Shown here: in pieces, positions 24,318 through 34,856 of the stretch
Numbering within the stretch: position 1 is the stretch's first letter
Layout: each line of letters begins with the position of its first letter
From: Nitrospirota bacterium
Lineage (GTDB): Bacteria > Nitrospirota > UBA9217
Direction of reading: 5' to 3'
Length of the DNA: 64,000 nucleotides
Assembly: GCA_963845065.1 (NCBI GenBank)
Contig: CAWJQQ010000008.1
Span: 416,001 to 480,000 of the forward strand
Program-made: the position numbers and the translations under genes
The notes under the pieces: model-generated
Database searches by the model: none
The model's input: only the letters and a program-made list of their open reading frames with translations
What the model was told of the DNA's origin: nothing

Positions 24318-24694
24318 GACTAATTAGTGTATAAGGAGAACAGCAATCTGTTCTCAATTTGTCCTGAATGCCGCTTACAATTTTTAAATATGCAATTTCT
24401 GCAGCACTTAGAAAAAACATCCGTTAAATAAATATATCATAAAAAATGTATTTCCAGACACCACTATTCAACGGCTGGTCATGTAAAGCGCGTAATCTCA
24501 TTGATGACGGCTGATGGACATCAGCAGGATTTGCTGGAAAGTTTCTCGCATTAAGATTCTGGCATAGCGCGTTGAAGGATGTGCAATGAAGTCGGGGTAA
24601 GAGATTTGCTCAGGCACGTGCGAGGGAGGAGCATTTTTATTTGAAATATGGTACTATCCAACGTTAGGGAGCCGGTGAATATGATGGATGGGGG

Positions 24695-25504
24695 ATGAGC
24701 ATGAAGCATTTTTTGACCGTTGCAGAAGAAGCAGCGCGTGCTGCAGGAACGATGTTGCGCGAAAATATTCATGGCGAAAGGGAGATTGCCTATAAAGGCG
24801 ACATTAACCTGGTCACAGAAATGGACATGAAATCCGAGCGTACGGTAGTTGAAATGCTCCTTGCTTCCTTTCCTGGCCACGGCATCATGGCCGAGGAAGG
24901 GACGATGATACGGAATGGCTCCGGGTATACATGGATCATCGACCCTCTCGACGGGACGACAAACTACGCCCATGGATATCCATGTTTTTCGGTTTCAATA
25001 GCGCTCGAGCACGAAGGCGAGATCATCATCGGCGTTGTATATGACCCCATGCGGGATGAGCTGTTCTCTGCACAGAAAGCGGAGGGGGCCCGTCTCAATG
25101 GAACCAAGATCCGGGTCTCGAGTGTCGATACGCTAATTAAAAGCCTGCTTGCCACTGGTTTCCCCTATGATCGCAGGGTGAGCGAAAAGAACAATCTGAA
25201 CTATTTTCACGATCTTCTCATGGCATCGCAGGAGGTCCGCCGAGACGGTTCAGCCGCGCTCGATCTCTGCTCAGTTGCGTCGGGCAGGTTCGATGGTTTT
25301 TGGGAACTGAAGCTCAAACCCTGGGATGTGGCAGCCGGAAGTCTGATTGTGCGTGAGGCGGGTGGGACAATCTCGGATTTTTCTGGGACCCGGTTCAGCA
25401 TTCATGACGACGAGATCCTTGCAACCAATGGAAGGGTTCACGCCGACATGCTCGAGGCGCTCCAAAAATCCAGGAAAAATGCGAATTGCGGATTAGTCCG
25501 CTGA
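24695..25504 (+). CDS. suhB: Inositol monophosphatase
   Basis: WIIDPLDGTTNY, GSAALDL, WDVAAG. Confidence 0.95.
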   Translation: MSMKHFLTVAEEAARAAGTMLRENIHGEREIAYKGDINLVTEMDMKSERTVVEMLLASFPGHGIMAEEGTMIRNGSGYTWIIDPLDGTTNYAHGYPCFSVSIALEHEGEIIIGVVYDPMRDELFSAQKAEGARLNGTKIRVSSVDTLIKSLLATGFPYDRRVSEKNNLNYFHDLLMASQEVRRDGSAALDLCSVASGRFDGFWELKLKPWDVAAGSLIVREAGGTISDFSGTRFSIHDDEILATNGRVHADMLEALQKSRKNANCGLVR

Positions 25505-25547
25505 CATCGGGATGACCTCTATGCGGAATGCAAACGTTGAAATCACC

Positions 25548-26672
25548 ATGAAACACTCTGATGTTTCTGTCGTCCGATGCGAAGATTACGATCGTGCGAA
25601 GACGATGTCTGCTGTTAAGCATGCCGTCGATCTTCTAGGCGGGATGGGGGAGTTTGTAAAACCCGGGGATCGGGTCCTTATAAAGCCGAACCTCCTTAAG
25701 GCAAGGCCCCCGGACGCTGCTGTCACGACACATCCCGAGATCGTCCGTACTGTCATCAGGCTTGTTCACGAGCGGGGCGGTAGAGCGCTGGTGGGCGACA
25801 GCCCTGGCATAGGCGATCTGAAGAAGGTCGCCGAGAAGGCCGGCATTCTCGAAGTGGTGTATGAAGAAGGTGCACAGCTGGAGGACCTTTCGGAAGCGGT
25901 TCAGATAAAAAACAACGGGAGGTTCCAGCATTTCGAGGTGTCACGAATAGCGTACGAAGCTGATGTGCTCATCAATCTCCCGAAGCTTAAGACCCACGGA
26001 ATGACAGCGCTTACCGGCGCCGTGAAAAACCTGTTCGGATGCATCCCCGGAAAACGGAAGGTCCAGTGGCACTTTAATACTGGTGTGAATCACGAGCTCT
26101 TCATGAAAATGCTCCTGGAACAGTACGCGCTCCTCAAACCGCGACTTACCATCATGGATGCCATAGTCGGCATGGAAGGGAATGGTCCCGGCAGTGGCGA
26201 TCCTCGTCATATCGGTGCGCTCCTCGCCGGCAGGGATGCCGTTTCGGTTGACGCGGTATCAGCCCACTTGCTCGGTGTGAAGGTAGAGAATCTTCCCCTG
26301 TTGCAGGCAGCCCGGTCACAAGGCATCGGCGAAACGGACCTGGACAATATTACGCTTCTCGGAGATCCTTTGGAGAGTGTCGTGGTTGAGCACTTCCGCC
26401 TGCCGCCTCAGACGCACCTCGAATGGCAGCTTCCGGAGTGGGCACGCAGTTCTCTCAAGAACGCGTTCACGACCAGACCAGTAATCAACCGCGATGTGTG
26501 TATTCTGTGCGGCATCTGTCAAGGCCGCTGCCCCCAGGGTGCGATCGAAGACAGGGGAAAGCGGCTCGATATCCGCTACCGCGACTGCATACGCTGCTTC
26601 TGCTGCCAGGAATTATGTCCACAAGGCGCTATTACGATTGGAAAAGGATGGGCGCTTAAATTGTTGAGATGA
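25548..26672 (+). CDS. DUF362-domain protein with a C-terminal 2x[4Fe-4S] ferredoxin domain
   Basis: VLIKPN, PKLKTH, GAVKN; two CxxCxxCxxxCP motifs. Confidence 0.9.
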   Translation: MKHSDVSVVRCEDYDRAKTMSAVKHAVDLLGGMGEFVKPGDRVLIKPNLLKARPPDAAVTTHPEIVRTVIRLVHERGGRALVGDSPGIGDLKKVAEKAGILEVVYEEGAQLEDLSEAVQIKNNGRFQHFEVSRIAYEADVLINLPKLKTHGMTALTGAVKNLFGCIPGKRKVQWHFNTGVNHELFMKMLLEQYALLKPRLTIMDAIVGMEGNGPGSGDPRHIGALLAGRDAVSVDAVSAHLLGVKVENLPLLQAARSQGIGETDLDNITLLGDPLESVVVEHFRLPPQTHLEWQLPEWARSSLKNAFTTRPVINRDVCILCGICQGRCPQGAIEDRGKRLDIRYRDCIRCFCCQELCPQGAITIGKGWALKLLR

Positions 26673-26772
26673 AAACCGGGGAATGGTCCATGAACGTCAC
26701 CAGCGGTAGTTGATTCGGCGTTTCGCGCTGAAGAACAAACGATCATACGGCCCTGATTCTGCAACGGCAGTG

Positions 26773-27654
26773 CTACCCGCACTCGCCTTTTTCATCCGGC
26801 TCATCACCGGTTGTATAGAAATCTTCCAAACCCCGGTCGTCATCTTCGTCTATCTCGAATATCTGCTCGTCAAGCTGCTCTTTCGGCTCCACGCCGCGAC
26901 CAAACAGTTCCCGGTACACGAGAGGCTTGACACTCGATGGAAGGAGCGGGTCCACGTAGAGTTCCCTCAGCTCCTGCATTTTCATGATCTGGAGAAAACG
27001 TTCGGAAAGCGTCAGCGGCGTATGTTCGTTTCTGACCAGTGAATACCGGACCAGCGATCTGCTCGACCAGACCCGGTGCACGGCGATCAGGCGTATGGTT
27101 TCCGAGTGCGTGTCCCTGCGGTTGATGATCTTGAAGAGATGATTTTCCTGCAGGCGAGGATTATTGAGGCAAAGCGCAACCACCTCGACATCTGCATCTT
27201 GCAACAGATTCAGGAGGACGTTTTCCACTGCCATCTTAGCCAGAGACTTCTTGTACCCAAGCGGCATGGTTGGGATCCGTTCGATGACAATTGCCTCGAC
27301 CTTGTGCCGGAAGACGGGGGGAATGTGAGGACTGCGAGTCATCTCCGCAATGTCGAAGAGGCGCAGGTAGCGGACAATGGAAAGCGAGACTGAGAGAGGC
27401 GTTTTTGGATTTTTTGCAAGCGCGAGACGAATGGAATAAATCTCTGACCATCTTCTGCTCTTGGCAATCGCATCGAGCACATCAGGAGTCATGTTTTTCC
27501 TGTTTGCGATGATGAGAACGTCTTCTTCGCGCAGTTTTATATTGTCGAGAAGAGCCCTGATCACCCGGGGGGAAGGATCATGCACAAATCTGGCAAGCCC
27601 CTCTTCGTCTACCGAAGCGGCCAGCATTGATCTTTCTTCTTCCGTTGCGTCCAT
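26773..27654 (-). CDS. Conserved helical-repeat (leucine-rich variant-like) hypothetical protein
   Basis: Long ORF with repeated LAKNPKTP / LNNPRL / LVRNEHTP units and an acidic tail. Confidence 0.7.
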   Translation of the reverse strand: MDATEEERSMLAASVDEEGLARFVHDPSPRVIRALLDNIKLREEDVLIIANRKNMTPDVLDAIAKSRRWSEIYSIRLALAKNPKTPLSVSLSIVRYLRLFDIAEMTRSPHIPPVFRHKVEAIVIERIPTMPLGYKKSLAKMAVENVLLNLLQDADVEVVALCLNNPRLQENHLFKIINRRDTHSETIRLIAVHRVWSSRSLVRYSLVRNEHTPLTLSERFLQIMKMQELRELYVDPLLPSSVKPLVYRELFGRGVEPKEQLDEQIFEIDEDDDRGLEDFYTTGDEPDEKGECG

Positions 27655-27660
27655 ATTTTT

Positions 27661-27689
27661 ATTATACGGTTTTTCAAAAGTATTGACAA
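27661..27689 (-). promoter_or_regulatory. Sigma70 promoter for a leaderless transcript, overlapping the divergent -35 of the HNH gene
   Basis: Minus strand: TTGTCA-17-TATAAT-6 nt-ATG; plus strand: TTGACA at 27683-27688. Confidence 0.65.
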
Positions 27690-27778
27690 ACGCAAACATT
27701 TTATGTATTTTTATAACTCAACAACATGAATTTTAATGGTTTTCAGGCCTCACGCTTTGCCGTATTACGAGGGTTACG

Positions 27779-28315
27779 ATGGAACGTACGCTGCTCCTGA
27801 ATGCAACATTTGAACCGTTAAAGATCATATCGTGGCAGAGGGCTATCACATTGCTGACCCAGGGCAAGGTGGAAGTCATCGATTTCTACGATCGTGACAT
27901 CCGGGGAGTGTCCATTACGTTTAAGCTCCCCTCTATCCTGCGTCTGCTCAAACTGGTGAAGGTGAAGCGCAGCACCAAAGAAGTCCGCTTCTCCCGCGCA
28001 AACATCTATCAACGGGACAAATACACCTGCCAGTACTGCGGCGCGAAACAGCCTGCCGAGGACCTGACTTTCGACCATGTTCTTCCCCAGGTGCAGGGCG
28101 GTCAAGCCACGTGGGAAAATATCGTGACCGCGTGTCTTGCCTGCAACAACAGGAAGGGAGGCAGGACGCCGCGGGAAGCCAAGATGCGGCTGATCCGGAC
28201 GCCTGCAAAGCCCCGTTGGATGCCAGTCGTCACCATGACGATCGGCATAAAAAACGCTCCCCTCAGCTGGAGGGACTACCTCTACTGGAATATTGAACTG
28301 AACAAGGATGATTAG
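27779..28315 (+). CDS. HNH endonuclease (McrA-like, stand-alone)
   Basis: LLLNATFEPL, RDKYTCQYCG, TFDHVLP, WENIVTACLACNNRKG. Confidence 0.93.
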   Translation: MERTLLLNATFEPLKIISWQRAITLLTQGKVEVIDFYDRDIRGVSITFKLPSILRLLKLVKVKRSTKEVRFSRANIYQRDKYTCQYCGAKQPAEDLTFDHVLPQVQGGQATWENIVTACLACNNRKGGRTPREAKMRLIRTPAKPRWMPVVTMTIGIKNAPLSWRDYLYWNIELNKDD

Positions 28316-28503
28316 CAAGTTTCGTACGAAAGGTAAGTTAATATTACATTCGTAATTTCCTGCCAGCGTGCTCGTGTACGTTTCTGATTTACTCCCCTTA
28401 GCAACTCCTCTGTGCCCTTTCCTTTTTTTCTTGTCAATCTTCGGGTAAGATGATATAGTTCGAACCGTCGTTTGAAGGGCAATGCAACGAGGAGGCAAAT
28501 GAA

Positions 28504-29139
28504 ATGAAAAAAACATTCTTCATTTTCGTGGCGGTCAGCGTCGTGCTGATGCTGTCAGCCGGCAGAGCATCTGCATTCACGCATTTTTCAGAAAATGAAT
28601 TCACGACCGCAGAGAGCCTCGATCCCGGCATGACGCAGACAGGGATCGATTATACATTGGGCGATCATTTCACAAGCTACTTTCCCGAAGTGCGTTACGG
28701 AATGGGTGCCTTGCTGGAGCTGGGCGTCCGGGCCGGAGCCGTGCAGGCAAGGCTTGATAACGGACAAAACCTCGGCTTCCTTGCGGGGGCTGATCTCAAA
28801 TATCAGCTTATAAAGGCGGCAGAGGGCGTCCCTGTTGATCTCGCTGTGGACTTGGGCTGGAATAACATTATCATAAGCGGCAAGAATGCCAGCGAAGTGA
28901 CATTTGCGACGATTGCCAGCAGGAGCATCGCCCTGACGGACCGCGGGTACAAGCTCGTCCCTTATGGCGGACTGGCGATGTCGGCCCAGTTCGGATCACT
29001 CGCAAACGATAGTAACGATTCCTATGTGAATGTTTTCGCCGGCCTCGAATGGAAATTGACCCAGAAATTTATGGTACTTGTCGAGGTGAAGGCAGGCGAC
29101 CAGATTACGGGCGGGGTAGGGATCAAATTCGAGTACTAA
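28504..29139 (+). CDS. Secreted protein, likely a small outer-membrane beta-barrel
   Basis: Signal peptide, alternating beta-strand pattern, C-terminal aromatic residue (GIKFEY). Confidence 0.65.
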   Translation: MKKTFFIFVAVSVVLMLSAGRASAFTHFSENEFTTAESLDPGMTQTGIDYTLGDHFTSYFPEVRYGMGALLELGVRAGAVQARLDNGQNLGFLAGADLKYQLIKAAEGVPVDLAVDLGWNNIIISGKNASEVTFATIASRSIALTDRGYKLVPYGGLAMSAQFGSLANDSNDSYVNVFAGLEWKLTQKFMVLVEVKAGDQITGGVGIKFEY

Positions 29140-29233
29140 TATTACTCGCACTGTTGATGGGCCAATGGCCCTGCTCCTTCCCCCTTACCGCATTGGTCAG
29201 TCAATTTCCATGTGCGTGATTGGTAAGATTTCC

Positions 29234-29719
29234 ATGGCTAATTTATTATCAGGGAACATTCAGGAGAAGCCTCTTCCAGACATCCTCGAAGACTTGCGCC
29301 AGAGAAAGGCCACCGGCACGTTGACCGTGAATAGAGGCAATGTAACGAAGTGCATTTGTCTCAGGGGCGGCCAGATAGTCTTTGCTACGTCAACGGATGT
29401 CCAAGATCGTCTCAGCGAAATTCTGGTCAAAACGGGCAGGTTGACGAAGGAAAACATGGACTATGCCCTCAAACTATATGAAAAGAGCGCTGGTTTAAAA
29501 AAATTGGGAGCTGTCCTGGTGGAAAACGGCTTTGTTGCTCCCAAAGACATGTTCGGCGGCCTGAAAAGGCAGGTAAAAGACATCATCTACAGCATTTTTC
29601 TCTGGAATGACGGCGAATATAAATTCGAGGAGCGACTGCCGACCGATATCATCCAGTTGCAGATAAATTTTCAAGAGCTGATTTCAGAGATTATTGAGAG
29701 GATCAAGAACGATGCCTGA
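29234..29719 (+). CDS. DUF4388-domain protein
   Basis: LSGNI...LPDIL...ATGTL...GQIVFA...W.DGEYKF. Confidence 0.8.
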   Translation: MANLLSGNIQEKPLPDILEDLRQRKATGTLTVNRGNVTKCICLRGGQIVFATSTDVQDRLSEILVKTGRLTKENMDYALKLYEKSAGLKKLGAVLVENGFVAPKDMFGGLKRQVKDIIYSIFLWNDGEYKFEERLPTDIIQLQINFQELISEIIERIKNDA

Positions 29720-29846
29720 AAAAGTGCAAAGGATCCTCTTCAGAATAACGCCACCCCTGTCAAACCACGTGGATGTCAACTTTTTCAGTTGTCCTTTCAT
29801 TCAGTATCAGGTATAATTTCTTCCGACCTCGCAGGAAATCCGGAGA

Positions 29847-30419
29847 TTGCTGGTGAAATCCCTGAAGCAAAGTTCATTCCCCGAAATGGCTGAACGAGTG
29901 TGCGCCCTGTATAACGAAGAGCGGGATGCACTCCTCCTCGGGATGCTCGGACAGGAGTACGAAATCAGCCACGACGGCATTTTTATACGTGGTCAGAAGG
30001 CTCCGGCTACTCATGGGACCGTGATCCTGGACTACCTGCTCTCAAAGGGGACGGCTATTACTATGATGCCATGGCGGACCCTGACCCATTTCGGGGACGC
30101 TGTGATCCCGGGATTTCGGAAAAAAGTGGAAGAACCGATCTCTGCTTTTACGACGGAAATCCTCTCTTCGAACAATATCCTGCCCATGCTGGACGCTAAA
30201 TCAGTCCCCAGCCTGATCGGCAGCGACCTCGCTTTTACCGTTCGCGCCCTCCCCAAGGTATTTATCCATGTTGAGCTTTCACAAGAAACACAGGACTTCC
30301 CCGCCGAGGCTTGGATGCTTTTTTCGAACAATGCAAATGAGTTTTTGACAGTGCCGAACCTTCATATACTCGCAGAGATATTGAAAGACAGGCTCCTAAG
30401 CCTGCTCAGGATCTATTGA
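29847..30419 (+). CDS. DUF3786-like hypothetical protein
   Basis: ALPKV...DFPAEAWMLF..NA pattern. Confidence 0.65.
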   Translation: MLVKSLKQSSFPEMAERVCALYNEERDALLLGMLGQEYEISHDGIFIRGQKAPATHGTVILDYLLSKGTAITMMPWRTLTHFGDAVIPGFRKKVEEPISAFTTEILSSNNILPMLDAKSVPSLIGSDLAFTVRALPKVFIHVELSQETQDFPAEAWMLFSNNANEFLTVPNLHILAEILKDRLLSLLRIY

Positions 30420-31162
30420 CACCACACATGCGGAATGCGACTTTGACTGCTTCAGATCGGCTTGTCCTTGCCCTTGACGTTGATAATGAGCAGGAGGCCC
30501 TGGGAATTGTTTCTGAACTCAAGGATTCGGTGGGGATGTTCAAGGTCGGTCACCAGCTCTTTACTGCCTATGGGCCGGATATCGTCCGAAAAATCATCGG
30601 CAAGGGCGGCCGCGTTTTTCTCGACCTCAAATATCATGATATCCCGAACACAGTTGCAAAAGCATCGACAGAGGCAGTCAAACTCGGGGTAAGCGTATTT
30701 AACGTCCACGCTCTCGGCGGACTGGACATGATGAAGGCCTCCGCTGAATCGGCGAAAGAAGCGGCGGTCATGCACGGGCTACCATCGCCGATCGTTCTGG
30801 CTGTCACAATTCTAACGAGCATGGATGAAAAAAACCTGCGGAAGGAACTGAAAATAACGCGGTCGCTCCAGCGGGAGGTGGCGCACCTCGCGAGACTTGC
30901 GCAGCGCGCGGGCATGCACGGAGTGATTGCGTCGCCCCAGGAAATAAAAATGCTGCGCAGGACAGTCCGCGGACAGTTCGTCATACTCACGCCCGGCGTG
31001 CGGCCTGACTGGGCCAACAAGGACGATCAGAAGAGAATCATGACTCCTGGAGAGGCCGTCGCTGCGGGCGCGGACTACATCGTCGTCGGCAGGCCGGTGC
31101 TCAATGCTGCAGACCGGCAGACGGCGGTGAAAAATATATTGGAAGAGATAAATAATTATTGA
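30416..31162 (+). CDS. pyrF: Orotidine-5'-phosphate decarboxylase
   Basis: LALD, FLDLKYHDIPNTV, TPGVRP, IVVGRP; start uncertain. Confidence 0.97.
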   Translation: MTPHMRNATLTASDRLVLALDVDNEQEALGIVSELKDSVGMFKVGHQLFTAYGPDIVRKIIGKGGRVFLDLKYHDIPNTVAKASTEAVKLGVSVFNVHALGGLDMMKASAESAKEAAVMHGLPSPIVLAVTILTSMDEKNLRKELKITRSLQREVAHLARLAQRAGMHGVIASPQEIKMLRRTVRGQFVILTPGVRPDWANKDDQKRIMTPGEAVAAGADYIVVGRPVLNAADRQTAVKNILEEINNY

Positions 31163-31289
31163 TTATCAGAGAAAGGCTGAACATTCTCATTACGTGGTGG
31201 CGACAAGAATACAATAAAGGATCACGAACGTAAATTTCGATTCATTCCCGTGCATCCGCGTTCGCGACATATAAGGAGTTACTGCAATC

Positions 31290-31865
31290 ATGACTTCAGA
31301 CCAGGTCTTGGACATCTACAAGAAAACGGGTGCATTGCTCACCGGGCATTTTCTGCTTTCATCGGGTCTGCACAGCGAACAATATCTTCAGTCTGCGCTG
31401 GTACTTCAACAACCGGATATCGCAACCAGACTATGCACAGCTCTTGCGGAGCAGTTCAAGAGCTCCCATATTGAGGTTGTCATCGCTCCGGCACTCGGAG
31501 GAGTATTTGTTTCCCACGAAACGGCACGGGCGCTTGGCGTCCGGGCGATCTTTGCCGAGCGCGTGAACGGGGAATTGACGCTGCGGCGCGGGTTTACGAT
31601 CAAAGCGGGTGAGCGCGTGCTTGTCGTGGAGGACGTCATCACAACCGGCAAGTCCACCCGGGAGACCATCGAAGTCGTGAAGCGGGCAGGCGGAGTTGTC
31701 ATCGCTGCCGCGTCTCTCGTGGATCGTTCAGGCGGAAAAGCCGACCTCGGCGTTCCCTATAAATCTCTCGCGACGCTGAACGTGCCGGCCTATTCACCGG
31801 AGGCCTGTCCGTTGTGCAAATCAGGGAGCGCTCCAATCAAGCCGGGCAGCAGGGGGTTTAAGTAG
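31290..31865 (+). CDS. pyrE: Orotate phosphoribosyltransferase
   Basis: GHFLLSSGLHS and the VVEDVITTGKS PRPP-binding motif. Confidence 0.97.
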   Translation: MTSDQVLDIYKKTGALLTGHFLLSSGLHSEQYLQSALVLQQPDIATRLCTALAEQFKSSHIEVVIAPALGGVFVSHETARALGVRAIFAERVNGELTLRRGFTIKAGERVLVVEDVITTGKSTRETIEVVKRAGGVVIAAASLVDRSGGKADLGVPYKSLATLNVPAYSPEACPLCKSGSAPIKPGSRGFK

Positions 31866-31928
31866 TTCCAATGGGGCAGCGCTGTATTCCTGCGAATTGT
31901 GCTCGTGCCAGCATATTGTCAGACGGTC

Positions 31929-32906
31929 TTACCTGATAAAGTATTCAAGAATATACTTGAACGCAAGGGAAGTGATCATGGCTCCTAGCATGAGCTTGAT
32001 GAATATCTGGGGCACGTACTTCTGGAGCCGGGCGCCGATATACATGCCGGCAAAGCCGCCAGCACCGAACAATGATCCAAGCAGCCAATCTGGCGATACG
32101 GCAACGCCGCCCGGGCCGGGCAGGAGACTGTAGAGAATAACTCCGGCGATCGAAGTGAGGAACGTTCCCAGCAGAGCTGCGCCGGCTACTGTATAAACGG
32201 GCAGATTGAATACCGCGACACAGAACGGTGCAATGATCGCGCCTCCGCCGATGCCATAGGTCCCGCCGATAATCCCTACAATAAACGCAAGCAGGAACAT
32301 GGCTGGTACGCTGAACCGGAATCGTTCACCCCAGAATTCGTATTCAATGGTATTCAGATTAAAGGTAATCGTTTTGACCACCGCGTCGGCAGGGAGTCCG
32401 GCAGCTGCTTGGGAATGCCGCTGCTCCCTGATAAGCTTTGCCCGTTCCGAAAACTTGCAGTCTAACTCTCGTAACTTCGCTTTACCCGCCTGTGCTTTTC
32501 CGGTCATTTCATATAAGAGCCTGCCGCCAATGTACAGGAGCACGATGCCGACAAAGAGCTTGAATGTGCGTGGATCGGGGAGATAAAGGACCCGGAGGTA
32601 GAAGCCGATGAAGACGCCGGGCAGTGTCCCGGCTATGATCACCCACGCCAGCGGCCACGCCATGCGTCCTTCCTTGAAGTATTGGTAAACGCCGCTCGGG
32701 ATCGCTACAATGTTGTAGACAAAATTCGTGGAGCTCACTGCAGGGTTGGTAAAGCCGAGGACGCTCATCTGGTACGGCAGCAGAAGGAAGGCGCCAGATA
32801 CACCGCCCATGGACGTAAACGTCGATATCACGAGCGCTACGAGCGGTGGGAGGAAAACCCAGGTCTTCACACCTGACAGAGGAAACAGAACGTACATGCT
32901 TTCCAT
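31929..32906 (-). CDS. TauE/SafE-family sulfite/anion exporter
   Basis: GGVSGAFLLLP and YGIGGGAIIAP repeats; multiple transmembrane segments. Confidence 0.9.
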   Translation of the reverse strand: MESMYVLFPLSGVKTWVFLPPLVALVISTFTSMGGVSGAFLLLPYQMSVLGFTNPAVSSTNFVYNIVAIPSGVYQYFKEGRMAWPLAWVIIAGTLPGVFIGFYLRVLYLPDPRTFKLFVGIVLLYIGGRLLYEMTGKAQAGKAKLRELDCKFSERAKLIREQRHSQAAAGLPADAVVKTITFNLNTIEYEFWGERFRFSVPAMFLLAFIVGIIGGTYGIGGGAIIAPFCVAVFNLPVYTVAGAALLGTFLTSIAGVILYSLLPGPGGVAVSPDWLLGSLFGAGGFAGMYIGARLQKYVPQIFIKLMLGAMITSLAFKYILEYFIR

Positions 32907-33175
32907 GACGGATACTATAGCATAAAATAATCATGATGAAAACAAACAACACAGAACGCGACTCCCTGTTTCATTATTGTCCAGCTGGAAAGAGCCCTGA
33001 ACTAAATTTTTCATAAAATCAACCGATAAGTATTGTAGTACGGTGAATTTCGAATTGCCGTGAAGGGTGCCGATAGCCGTGTACGGCATTGGGTCGAGTT
33101 ATCATGGCACATTTTCATGCGATAAAGGGCATACTTGAGCGTTCCATTAAATATTGTATCACAAAAAAAATCTGT

Positions 33176-33203
33176 TTGACTTGAGTTTTAATTTTGATAT
33201 AAT
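33176..33203 (+). promoter_or_regulatory. Sigma70 promoter of the sigma-factor gene
   Basis: TTGACT-16 bp-TATAAT with a TGn extended -10. Confidence 0.7.
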
Positions 33204-33241
33204 TGTAATCAGAGGATGGGAAAGACAGAAAGAGCGGAGAT

Positions 33242-34603
33242 ATGACGAAAGTGGCAATAACGGAAGAAAAGCAAGAATACCCGGAAGGCGGGGTACCAGA
33301 AGAGGTATTAGACGAACTTGCCGATGAACTGGCCGAGGAAGAGGAAGAGGAAGAACCTTCACCAGTTGAGATCGCAGAGGCCGCAGAGGAAGTTGGGGGA
33401 GGAGCTGATCTTGTCGATACCTACCTCAAGTCCGTAGGCCGGTTTCCGATGCTCAAGATCGAAGAGGAACAGCAATACGTGCGCATGCTCGAAGAGGGCA
33501 AGGCCGCGCTCAAGTTCATTGCATTGAGCTCTCCGCTTGCGATTCCGAGGATACTTGCTCTGGGTGCGAACATCAAGCAGGGGTTTGTAAAGTCCCAGGA
33601 TGTTCTGCGTTTTCCCGGTGAGTGGAAAGATATTTTCGAGGCCGATTTCATGCGCCTCTATAACCGGTTGAAGAGGCAGGTTGCGCGACGCGACATGGAG
33701 CGCGCGACTGATACACTCAATGAAATGAGCCTCTCCTTCCGTGAAATCGAGAAGATGCTCAAAAAACTTTCTGCCCTGGCAAAACAGGTTGAGCGCGGGA
33801 ATACGGCAGAACTGGAAAAACTCGGACTTGATGAGCCGACTTTGAGGGATATGGTCAGGCGCATCGAGCAGGAAGACGTGAGAGTAAAATATTCCAAGGA
33901 CGAATTGATCAAAGCTAACTTGAGGCTGGTCGTCTCGATTGCGAAAAAATATGTGAACCGCGGGCTGACCCTGCTCGATCTCATCCAGGAGGGCAACATA
34001 GGGCTCATGAAGGCCGCAGACCGGTACGAATCCGGCAAGGGCACCAAGTTCAGCACCTATTCCACGTGGTGGATCAGGCAGCGCATCACGCGCGCCATCC
34101 TGGATCAGGCCCGCACGATCCGGCTTCCCGTGCATCTGATCGAAGAAAGCACACGCATCAGTCGTATTTATACCAAGTTCATGCGTGAAAAAGGAAGAGA
34201 ACCTACACCAGAAGAAGTATCCAAGTTAATGGGCCTGTCCGTAGTGAGAGTGAATGAGATCCTCCGTGCGATCCAGGAGCCCGTGTCCCTCGAAACGCCG
34301 ATCCTCTCGGAGGAGAAGGAGCTCAAGGACGTCATTATCGACGAAAAGTCGGTGTCTCCCTTCAAGACGCTGGAGAACAGCGAAGCGTCCAACCGCATCG
34401 AACAAGTGCTTTCGTCCCTCACGGAGCGGGAAGAAAAGATTATTAGAATGCGGTTTGGCATCGGTGTGGGTAGCGAACACACACTCGAAGAAGTCGGTAA
34501 ATATTTCAATCTTACCCGGGAACGGATCCGGCAGATCGAGATAAAAGCATTGAAGAAACTTCGCCATCCCGCCCGCAGCAAACTGCTGAGGGAATATGTC
34601 TAG
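33242..34603 (+). CDS. RpoD/SigA-like sigma70 factor (short acidic N-terminus, not in a dnaG operon)
   Basis: Region 1.2 DLVDTYL; region 2 ANLRLVVSIAKKY..DLIQEGNIGL..WWIRQ; region 4 TRERIRQIE. Confidence 0.93.
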   Translation: MTKVAITEEKQEYPEGGVPEEVLDELADELAEEEEEEEPSPVEIAEAAEEVGGGADLVDTYLKSVGRFPMLKIEEEQQYVRMLEEGKAALKFIALSSPLAIPRILALGANIKQGFVKSQDVLRFPGEWKDIFEADFMRLYNRLKRQVARRDMERATDTLNEMSLSFREIEKMLKKLSALAKQVERGNTAELEKLGLDEPTLRDMVRRIEQEDVRVKYSKDELIKANLRLVVSIAKKYVNRGLTLLDLIQEGNIGLMKAADRYESGKGTKFSTYSTWWIRQRITRAILDQARTIRLPVHLIEESTRISRIYTKFMREKGREPTPEEVSKLMGLSVVRVNEILRAIQEPVSLETPILSEEKELKDVIIDEKSVSPFKTLENSEASNRIEQVLSSLTEREEKIIRMRFGIGVGSEHTLEEVGKYFNLTRERIRQIEIKALKKLRHPARSKLLREYV

Positions 34604-34815
34604 TGTCCTGCCGTAACCCCCTAAAGAAAATAAGTTGGGAATATATCGTGTCAATTCCGGGCGCCGCTCAGAGTGAAACGATTTTTTTTGTTCTATAACG
34701 GCACCGAGAGCCCGGATAAGCGCGGTTAAACCTGGAGTTGATATTTGGACGCGGAAGTAGCGGATCAATATATCATGCGCGGTTGAAAGGCTGAGGAGGG
34801 ATTTCGCACTTTGGG

Positions 34816-34856
34816 AGGACCGCAAGCCGAAGAAATTCGTTGCGGTCCTTTTTTTT
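34816..34856 (+). terminator. Rho-independent terminator
   Basis: AGGACCGCAA / TTGCGGTCCT perfect stem followed by a T run. Confidence 0.85.

Noticed and set aside
27779..28315. HNH nuclease as IscB, Cas9 or a defence system
   Set aside because: It is a short stand-alone HNH with no RuvC, methyltransferase, array or recognisable ncRNA.
33103..33120. Sigma54 promoter TGGCAC...TGC
   Set aside because: The GG-to-GC spacing is one base too long for the -24/-12 consensus.
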